From the human T2T-CHM13v2.0 reference genome, Homo sapiens: 64,000 bases of DNA. Made by a program: the position numbers and the translations under genes. Positions 53,053-64,000 of this stretch are shown here, one piece after another. The stretch lies in the NCBI RefSeq assembly GCF_009914755.1, contig NC_060927.1. One strand, 5' to 3'. Below the pieces are notes generated by a model that saw nothing but the letters and a program-made list of their open reading frames with translations, was not told where the DNA came from and made no database searches. The first letter of the stretch is position 1. Each line of letters opens with the position of its first letter.

Positions 53053-56000
53053 AGATTAAATATCTGCCGTGCTTCTTACATCAAGAGCACTCACACAGGA
53101 GCTTACTGAACTTTTCTTACCCAGGATAGATGCTGCTATGGTCTTTCTGTCCTGAACAGGACCACGCATCTCAGGGCTGTGAGTGATTCCTGACTCTGCT
53201 GTTCATGTCCTGGCTCCCCCAGTCCTCCTGGGGACAGTATACATGTGTGGATGTGGTCTAGATCTGAGAAGTCACTACCAAGCCATGCCCATGAACGAAG
53301 ATAAAATGGGTCGTGAAGAACTATTAGTTCATAAGTAGACCCTCCAGAAGAGTGTTGAAAAGAAAGGCTCTAGAAAGAAAACTAGGCATGGAAATGTGTG
53401 CACTTTGTTGCTCCTCAGCACCATCTGAGAATCCCTAAGGAAGTGGCAGCTTCTGGATTCTTAAGAAGGAAATATAAACATGGAGTCCCGAATGGATGTA
53501 TGCATTTATAAAGATTGTCAGACTCTTCTTCCAGCAGTTTCCTGTTTCTGTCTTTTGATGCCCATAGATGGATTTTGCATGTTGCTTGCAGAGAGGGGTG
53601 TCCTAGGTGAGGTACTAAAAGCACATCCACACCCCCAACTCTTGGTCTTCCACCCTATACATTCTGTAAAACAATTTAAGACCTGGCTTTTAGCTTGCAC
53701 CCTTGAGGAGGTCATAATAGAAATGCCTCTGGGAAAATCTGGTTGAACTTTCCTTTTTTTGCATTTGAACCCCTCCCCAAAGGGTTTTCTGGGATAATGT
53801 CAAATTCTGTAGGGCCTTCTCTGGATAAGAGTAAGTAAGTGTGTTCCCTCGTTTTCTAAACTTTCCTTCAATTCTGATGCTAAATGCTAATGACAAGCTC
53901 TGAAATCCCTGGTCTACCCTCAGGGTTTTATTTTTGTTGTCATTTCATTTTGCTTTTGTTTTTAATTTTTGGTCAATTGCTAGGGGCTAGATCATTTCCC
54001 CACTTTTTACCCTTTGTTACTTGGCAAAGAGATAAGGAGGCAAGAGGAGAATTACTGTTCTCTGTTTTATTTGAGCCTCGGCTTTGTCCAGGTGTTTGGT
54101 GCTATGAGGCCAGGTGTGTTGACAAGTATCTACACAGGATGCCAGTAACACCCAAGGGCTGCTGACTGTTCCATGAAATGTTTACATGATTTTGTCCTTT
54201 AGTTCTTAAATATATGGTTGCACTTCACTTGGGTTGTAACATTTAAGTGCACCTCAGTGTTTGCATGATAAATGTCATCAAGCATGACACAAAAGCCCAG
54301 AAAACTGTACCAAGGTTGCATGCACGGAGTCCTGCTCTGCGTGGTGCGTGCAGGTGCTCACTCCTCCATGCTGCTTGGAGCTGCCAGCCTTGCTTGCAAT
54401 TTGAAAGTCTGCACAAGAGTTCTGGGAGATAGGAGGATTATTTACAATTTTCCCTTGATAAACACCTTTGCATCAGCAGAATCTCTGCCTCAAGAAAAAG
54501 TTGCTTAACATATTGTAAAGGATGTGTGCCTTCTGCTCCTTGACCGTGAGACCAGACAGGAGAACTCAGGCATGTGGGACAGAGGGAAAACAGATTTTAG
54601 GTTCATGACTCATTCTGCAACTGCCAACAATAAAATAGTGACCCAACCACATCACTTATTCTCACAAGTTCTGGAGACCTTTCAGATCAAAACAAGGCTC
54701 TCATACTTGCTCAGAACTAACTTCAAGATCAGCTAAGAAGCTACTTGATTGAGCCAAAGAGGACTTTAGTTTCACAGAATTTTAGGTCATATTTATTCTG
54801 AAATATAACTGAGCTATTCATGAGCTCCCTGGACCATTTCCCACACAGCCATATTTCCATGGCTTTGTGGCAAAGGGGACCATCAAAGGTTTTAGTTCGG
54901 TTAGAGTAGTGTTTACAGGCTTGAACTTTGAGCCTTTTAGAGAGACCACCAGGATTTCATGGATACAGAAGGATTGGAGAGAGAGGTCGAGGTGGACTTA
55001 ATGGAAGGGAATAAGTTATTGAACATTAAATTTTAAATTAGTGGCAGACCTCCAAGAGAGTCATGCCAAAAAAGTTTTTATATTTGCTGTATTAAACTCA
55101 ATGGTAATTACTTTTAGTCATTTTCCTTAGCACTGAATCTAAACCCTGAATTACCGAGAGCAGTTAAGCCACAGTCCCAGGATTTTATTATAAACTCAAA
55201 GAAAAGCACAAAATCTGAGCCCAGGTAATGATCCATCTTAGGAATCCTAGTTCTTTTTACATGATCTCATATTCATCCAAAAAAATTGTTTCTTCTCAAT
55301 AAGACAACGTAGTAGAGTATTCTGGAATTAAATGCAGTTTTATGGCGTGGCGGGACTTTCCATCTCTCGTTTTGAGAATCTTGCCATGAGAAAGTGCTTC
55401 CCAATGAGACATTACTACCTCCCAGCTAGGAGGCTTAGCACAATGCTAAAGGTGGAGCAACAGAAGAAATTCAGATGGAAATGAAACTACTTCTTCCTGG
55501 GAAGTAAAAGAGCTACATGAAACCAGTCCATCCTGCAGATTTAGTTCATGCCACAGTTGAAGTTTGTGTGATGTTTCTTAGTAGCTAATTTCAAATTTTT
55601 ACTGTTAGATTCTAAGAAACAGAGTGGGCTAATGATTGGAGCACAGCCATGAGACTCCGCTCCGTTAGCTGAGCATGTGATCCTGTGCTAAATCTTTCTT
55701 GGTTCCTTCATCTTTGAAGATGCTGTCTGCTACTTTAGTGCTGACTGATTTGCAAATCTTGGTTGATTAGCTCCCCAATCATAAGGTCCCTAATGATTAG
55801 ATTAAATGCCTTATACTCAGGGGGTGTGCAGATATGCTATTCTTCCTTCTGTGGCTTGGGTGGAAAAGCTGCTTGGGCTTATTTCCCAACAGTGTGATGT
55901 AGGATGGCAGAACTTATCTAGGAATGGCACCTTTGATGATCCATATAATGAAATGTGTAGAGCTCAAAGAAATCTGCCAACATGTATGTGGACTCTTGAG

Positions 56001-57710
56001 AGGTGGGCTTTCCCAGTACATGCTAAACAGACTTGTTATGCCAAGAGGAAGTGAATAGAAATGATAGCATCAAATATCCAAACTGACAGGAAGTTTCTTT
56101 TGCATAGCATAGAACATGGTTGTCTTCTGAGTTCCACTAATGTTCCAGGATATCTTGGCCCTCTGCCTCTGGCTGCTCCCTGGTGTTTGGCACCATAGCG
56201 TTGTCACTTACAACCATTGCCTTGGGACACACAGAGTGAACTGTTTGAGTGATAAGTAATTTAGGTAGAAACTTTACCCTTAATTTCAAATGATACCAAA
56301 CAGCTCATTACTACCCCAAGGGACGCTCTCCGTAGCTTCTGGATTCCCCAGTTTCCTTCTAGAAACAAGGACTCCAATAGCACTATAACCCTAAACAGGC
56401 CCTAACCCAGAAGAATACACCACAAAATGCGATTGATTTTCTCAAAATATCACAGTCTTAGACACTATACAAATAATTCAAGAAAATTCTTTCTACCCTG
56501 CAGTGGATATAGTATTCTATTATATTCTCCAGCAAAACTTTTAGGACTTTTCAAACTCATTTCTAAGCCAAATAGTTTAGATAAATATTTACCCTTATAT
56601 TTGGGGGGAATTCAGGCTCACCATTTGCCGAGGCAAGCCCATCAACAGTCTAGAGGCATATTCTGTGTCATTCCTTCCCGTCTCCTTCATAGAATACTAC
56701 TTTTTCCTTTTGTCTCCTGGCCATTCTCCATCATCTGCTGATTATTGCTAACCACAGGATGCTGGCAAAGCTTACAGTGATAGGCACATGTGTTCAGTGA
56801 TGTCCAATACACTCTTATCACAGTGGTTATTGCTTCTTACTCTTTTCAAATGCATTATTCTACCCCTCAACCTACATCCAATCATTAGAACTATACCTGA
56901 CTGGAGCCCAGAACTTGGGACCAATACTTAATTCAAATAGCAGGGGCTTGCTCACAAACATTAAGCCCAACAAGAAGCACAGCACTTTGAAAAGTCAAAT
57001 AGGCCTTTGGTAGCTCTGTACATTTGCAATTTTACATTTGTTATTAGTTTATAGCACTAATAACACTTCAGTCGTGAATCTACAGTCTCAATATGATAAG
57101 TCTTAGAACATGTTCTAGAAATAGTGGTACCTTGCTGCTATTATACTTAGTAACTTATACCCCAATATAATAATAAGTATTAAATACAGATTGTGTATGC
57201 ATTCTTTGTGTGTATATGCCAACTGTACTACTTAACCTCACTGATGAGCAATTAGAAAAATACACAAATTGTCATAGTGAAAATAAGTCTTGGTCAATTC
57301 AGATGATACGTGAACCTGATAAATGCTCTAATAGATATGCTATTTTGTCCTGTATTGCTTGTTTTACAGTATGGTGCATGTTGTTTGCTAAGTAAAATGA
57401 TAATAATAATAAAGTATACCAATTTTAAGGTTAGAATTAAAATTTTGCACATATGCTTCTTGATATTCTGAAATGTATTCTGTGGCTTAATTATCTTATT
57501 CATACACATTTCACTTGGCTTTTTACCCCTAGGAAATAATTGTCCAAGTATATATCTCGTCTTCTTTCTTGTAACTTTGATTAAACTGCTTACTTCAACT
57601 TACAACATTGTAAAGCCAGAATACCTCATTTTAACAGTGAAAAAAAATATGATGACCTGATGTGTTCTCTTGTATTTGATTTGAACTACCTAAATAGGCT
57701 TAACTGTAAT

Positions 57711-57819
57711 AATAAATATACAATTTTGGCAGGCATTTTTTCCTTTGTTTGGATGAACATTTTGTTATTGGTCCACTTCTAATTTTGTCTTAAAGAGTTA
57801 TAAACTCAGTGTCAATAAA
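57711..57819 (+). terminator. PLCXD2: Polyadenylation signals AATAAA (57711-57716, 57814-57819)
   Basis: Two canonical hexamers at the end of the repeat-poor UTR, in U-rich context with upstream TGTA elements. Confidence 0.65.
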
Positions 57820-60800
57820 ACATCTTGTTATATAATATTGGACAAAAACCCTCTCGAGCATGTCTGACACATATTTGGATTAAGTAAATGTGCTTGCAGT
57901 CCCCAAGATTGAACAGTGCGTGAAATGTGTACACAACCTTGACCCCATGCTTTTCCAAGCTTCATCCTTAGCGCTTCAGTTATTTCCACTAAGCTTAGAC
58001 CAGCTCTTATTGACATCCACACTCACCTGACCACCACCTCTACCCACATTAATTTGAGTGATTGCTAAAATGCCCAGAAATAAAACAATGCAGAGATAAT
58101 ATATTTGTGTATACAAAGATTAAATAAGGGTGGACCTGCAGTTTCTGCTGCAATGAAGATTCCAGTATCTTCCTCATTTCTAATTATTTTAATAGAATAT
58201 CCAAGACCACTTAATTTAAGTGAATTCTGTGTTTCCCTTATCCTCTACAAAAAATAATCAGTTGAGACTTTTTTGTATGAATTTAGCAGAGATCAAATTA
58301 ATTCTAAGTAACCATTAATTTCATAGAGTCAAAGTTTAAACAGGTAATTAAGAATAATTATAAGTGTTGAAGTTACCATAGCAATTTAACAACATAGTCA
58401 TATTCAGAATGTTTAACTTATATTTATAGTTATCGTTTAGTAAATCTACCATACTGTCCTCTGGCTGGCTTTACCACTTACAGTCATTCCTGTGCAGTTT
58501 TTAATAATAAATTGCATGATGTAGATAGGGCTGGGTCCAAACATAAGCAAAGCATGTATAACCTGCATGGTGCAATTGCAAAGATACCACTGGCCTGCCT
58601 CAATTTCTGAACATATACTTGGGTTTAAACATTGCCTCTATAACAATGGAGCTCTCACATTATGTGTGAATTATTTTATATCTATTCACAGATTAATTTA
58701 TCATATTACAACAAGGTTATGAACATTCTATTTAGCACAGAAGTTAAGTATAGGCATTTCAGAAGTGCACAGACCTGGGTTTCTATCTCAACTCCATACC
58801 CTGGCGGAGTAACCTTAGGCAAATTAACGTCTGTACCTACATAGAAGATAGGGCTAAAAATACCAACCATGAAGGGTAATTGAGAAGACAAAATAAGAAA
58901 ATGCTTAGGAAGCATTTTAGCACAGAGCATGGCACATAGTAAATACTCCATAGTAGCTCTTAGTCTTAGTAATAAGGGACTTTGCACCCTCCTCCTTCAA
59001 ATGGCACCCAACGATCACTTCAACATGATTGCTAACCTTTGTGTTAATTGGTAGATGATTTAGCAGGAACTAATTAATGAGAGGTAAGTCAATATAAATT
59101 TGACAGTGAAAGAAAACGTGAAATCCCTTTGTGTGGCAAATTCTTGAGGCTCTGCAGTGGAAGGTCAAGGCAGCTGGATGGTGCTGAGTGATTAGACTTG
59201 GTCATTCATCTCTCTGTCTTTCTCTCTCTCTGTCTTTCTGGGTGTGTGTGTGTTTGTGTGTGTGTAGGTGAGAGGGGGATGGTTGTAAGGGGCAAAGAGT
59301 AGAAGAGGGCGGGTGTGAGGAAGGCACTAGAGACAAAGTCCTGGGCTTTGGCTATTGGTGGTTTCCACCTCTGGAAGCTTCCTAATCTGGAGGTACTCAT
59401 ATTAATATATATTTCTGTACCTGATCCCTGAAGATTATGATTCTTTATATCTTAGGGCATATCTTAGGAGGAATACTTAGAAACATGTATTTTGGTGTGT
59501 AACCAGTTGGAGAGTTACTGAACCAAAAATGCATTACTCAGAGCGTAGCATTTATGCCACAGGTGGTATGCAAGATGATGTGAGGTGGAAGATGGCCATA
59601 TCCTTAAATAGCATTAATGTCATTAATCACTTAATCAGTTCTGATTAGTCAAGAGGGAAGTCTCAGTTTAGTAATGAAACCTCTCTATCCCTTGCTTGTC
59701 AACTAAAACCAAAAAGGCAATAGTGTCTAGCTAACATTTAATCTCATTTTGTTCGTACTGTGTTTATGTTGTGGTTACCTTCTGTTTGTAGCAGGCAGTC
59801 CTAGGTTTGCAATAGTGATATAAAGTCCCCTTCAAAATAAATTTATCTAAGTTTTTTGAAGAGCCCACTATGAAAAAGCTATGAGAATGACCTAAGTTTA
59901 TGATCCTTTCCAGGTTGAAAAAAAAAAAATACAGTTGATTGTACCACTCATTTTTGCCTAGAACTGGGTTTGACTTTGTTCTTCGTAAACATTTCTTAGT
60001 AACTAAATACATGAAGAAACTGCTATTTGGAATAGAAAATTATCTGTTTTTTTCATAAGGGAACTTCCTTTATGTTTCCTGTGGAAGTCCATGCTCAGAT
60101 AATCTATCTCCATGTTGTCCTGTAGAGCAGTTTAAACTAGGGAAAGAAAGGTCATGGAGTCACTGAGTCCCACCTATGGCTGAGCTTGACAAACAAGAAA
60201 CGCAGAGTAAACTCCATTTCTTCAACTTTGAAACTGATTCCCTCTCTGTTAATCCCTGAAGTCAGGTTGCCTGATGTCTTGGATTTTTGTTGTGTTTTTT
60301 TTTCCTAAGGAATTCTTCCTGATCAGCAAGAAGTGATCGTGTTTATCCCTCTGCAAATCTACTCGGTATGACCAAAGGAGTGTTATTATTTTTAAGACTT
60401 GAAACCTTTCATTCTCGGAGAGGGTGGGAGGTTGCAAGGGAGGGACAGTGGCCAAAGCCCATGTGCCTCAAACCTCACCCGGGATGGCCTGGACAAGTGC
60501 CAGTGAGACAAAAGCACTAGTCAGACCAGGGTGTTTTCACAGCTGGGCAGTCAGTGTTTTTGGACAGCATGGGTGGGGAGGAGGCCACAGCAGTGTCAGC
60601 CTCTGTCCAGTAGCATCATGCAATTGAGAGAAGCCTTAGGCAGGCAGATGGCTTTAATCTAAGGAGCTAAGCATCTAAAGAATAGGATTTATCCTGTAGA
60701 GAAAGGCCATAAGAAGCAATATTCTTGTAAAAGGAGGCCACTGAATGCTGTTTTTTTGTTTAACCTGAGAACTGAGCTACTTTTTAGCCTGGAGACTTTC

Positions 60801-61939
60801 CTACCTTGATCCTCACTGGGCATTTGCACAATCCAGTTCCAGGAGGTGTTTCTAGGACCTCCATGAAGTATAAGGAGATCTGGAAGAAAACATTAGGCTG
60901 CCTTTTGCAAAAACTTCCCCCACCAACAACTTGTGAGTATAGAACTAACTTACACACATCAGAGGGGCAGTGAACTACTTCAGGGGGGCTGAAGTGCCCC
61001 AAAATGACACAGACAATTTTAGATGTATGTGCACTTTTTTCTGGTAGAGGACCCATAACTTGCATCAAATTCTCAAAGAATTTATGATCTTAAAATGTGA
61101 TAAACCACCGCCTTTCAAGGGCCTATGAGAATGCATTATCATTTAAATGTTGTTAAGCAAGCAAGGCTGACTAATTTAGGCTAGCACTGGCAAGTCTTTG
61201 TCCTTCCTATAAAAAAAAATCTAAGATTCTTGTGGAATTGTTCACTATAGGTGCTCTGTTTCGAGAGGTAAGGTCAGATCAGACAACTTGAAAAGAAACA
61301 GACTAGGCCAAGTTCAAAGGATCCTAAGGAATAGTTAGATGAGACCCAGCAAAAGAGTGTGGTCAGAGGAGCCAGCAGAACCAGGTACACTAGCAGACAA
61401 GAAATGGCAGGGGCACTATGTGAAGACTTGGGCACCACATTTCAGAGGGAAATGGCTAAATTGGAGCCTTCATAGAGAAGAGCAATTTGGAGATGGAAGG
61501 GTCCAGAAGTCATGTCACACGGAAAACTGGGGTAGTTGGAACAGGAAACATTTGGAGCAAGGTGACAGAGATATCTTCAAGTATTTTTAAATTGTTACAT
61601 GACTTGAGTTTAGAATATTATGGCTTTAGATATAGAAGGGATCAAAGAACATTTGTACAAGGCATTAATGTTACAGGAGAGAAAACTGAAAGCCAGAGAG
61701 AACTGACTGGCTAAGGCAGAGGTAGGACTAGAATCCAGATTCTGATTCCCTTCCCAGTACTGTTTGCCACCATTTCCAGCTGCCTCCCCGAGTGCCTTAT
61801 GTGCGGGGAAGAGCTAGGACCAATGAATGGCCATTTTAAGAAGGTCGAGCTTAGCTTGATAAAGAGTATTCCTTTATAGAATAGGAAACTAAGTGAAACA
61901 GTGATCTCGCCATCATAAAGAGTATTTCTGAGGAAATGT

Positions 61940-62710
<771 letters not shown>

Positions 62711-63139
62711 GAACGTGCGGAAAGGCTTATTAATGCTGGTGCAGGTATTAGAACAGATCTGGATTCAAATCTTGGCTTCAGTACCTACTAGTTGCATGAC
62801 CATTACCCCTTTGAGCCTTTGTTCCCTTGTGCATAAAATAGAAATAAAATCTCAACATTACCATCAGGATTTGTGGTAATATGCATGAAATGCATAACAT
62901 ATAATACTCTCTCAATGAATGGTAGCCATATTTATTTAAAAAACTACCAGATGCTTCTCACCATACAAGAATTTAATAGAAGAAACTCCACTATTAAATA
63001 GGACATTTGATAAAGTGACTTCCAGATTTCCCTCTGAGATTGCTGAAATCTAAAGGAATAAAAATTTCGTTTCCTCTATAAACTATTCTCGGGGCCTCTT
63101 GTCCACTTCCCAGATGCAGTTACAAGGGAATCACTTTTC

Positions 63140-63550
63140 TGGATAGCCAATGGCTATCAGACTGTGCTTTCTGCCCCCCACAGTCCTGCCATCTGATTTT
63201 TCCATGCAGCTCTGGTTGGATTTAAGCAGGACTAGCAGTCTGTCCTGGTGTGTAATGATTGGCTAGACCAGGCGGCTGAGGCCAGGGCAGACTCCCTCCT
63301 TCACATCTGTCAATATACCTGGCTGCAAGCAAGTTGCTGCCTGTGACCACAGTCTGCAGAGGCCAGAGAGAGCAGGAAAGGAAATGGAAAGGAACCTCAC
63401 CTTCATGCTTGGGGAAAAGGAGAAACCTGTGTTAATGTGTCTTCCCAACATCCCACTCTCTTCAGCAATCGCTGGAACAGCCATGGGCCATCCCTGCTGA
63501 GTCAGGAAAGAAGCTGAGGGAAGAGTCGGGATTGAAAAGCAGCAGACAAG
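63140..63550 (+). promoter_or_regulatory. PHLDB2: Putative distal promoter / first exon of the downstream gene (probably PHLDB2)
   Basis: CCAAT (~63148), inverted CCAAT (attgg ~63258), AP-1 TGAGTCA 63498-63504, strong donor AAG|gtaggt after 63550. The gene identity comes from recalled human 3q13 synteny, not from coding sequence in the window. Confidence 0.5.
63466..63517 (+). CDS. PLCXD2: PLCXD2 alternative last coding exon (S-NRWNSHGPSLLSQERS*), 305-aa isoform
   Basis: Acceptor cccactctcttcag|C, phase 2 matching exon 3; 866+52=918 nt = 305 aa + TGA; matches my recollection of the 305-aa human isoform C-terminus; exon runs to the donor at 63550. Confidence 0.8.
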
Positions 63551-64000
63551 GTAGGTGATCTCTCTGGTCACTGGCCCTTCTCTTGTAATAACAAAATGAG
63601 CACCATATACAGCCTCGTCACCAGAGTGTTTCTGAGGAGGGTCTGCTGGAGATATGGTAGACCCGGGTGTGTGTCTGAATTCAGTCATTTTTCTATCAGC
63701 CTGTTCTGGAAAGCAGGCTGTATTTTCCTTCTGTCTTCTATCTCTTCTGAAAATTGTTGTTGCTCCTGTACGTATTTCAGAAACTTGGAAGGTTTTTTAA
63801 AAATTTTTCATTATAACAAATTATATGTGCGATTTATTAAAATGATTTCATTGGTGGTAACTCCACAAGCATGGTTTTGTTCCAGAATTTTTGTTGCATA
63901 ATTTTTTTCAATTTTCAAGACATACCAGAGAGGACAGTGTACATATACTGTAGTATATGGTATAGAATAATATATTCCGAGAAATATACTGTCCATTCAC

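Larger units (their letters stand above)
51715..57835 (+). other. PLCXD2: Long PLCXD2 3'UTR (~6.1 kb)
   Basis: No Alu or L1 seen from the stop codon to the AATAAA signals at 57711 and 57814; end position inferred. Confidence 0.7.

Overview
Primate (human-like) genomic DNA holding the whole coding region of PLCXD2 (PI-specific phospholipase C, X domain-containing 2) on the + strand. A CpG-island promoter (~5.15-6.0 kb) precedes four GT-AG coding exons (6072-6234, 38760-39220, 44723-44964, 51555-51714). These splice in frame to 341 aa with both catalytic His (H57, H132) and are followed by a ~6.1-kb 3'UTR ending near AATAAA 57814. Past the polyA site, an 85-nt exon (63466-63550) accepts exon 3 in frame and gives a 305-aa isoform lacking the last PI-PLC barrel strand. 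It appears to lie inside a distal first exon of the neighbouring gene (PHLDB2 by recalled synteny), suggesting readthrough and exon sharing. The rest is intron or intergenic DNA with Alu, L1, L2, MIR, MaLR/MER21 LTR and DNA-transposon relics. There is no evidence of a prokaryote-type novel system, and nearly all ORF-track entries are spurious. The best leads are regulatory: competing 3' ends bracketed by inverted AluYs, an exonization-ready Alu, leaky scanning to an MGxxxS acylation start, a cryptic CCAAT/GC/TATA promoter with an in-frame mini-exon, a 7x AUUUA microsatellite in the 3'UTR, and two local templated duplications. Repeat subfamily calls and boundaries were made by eye.
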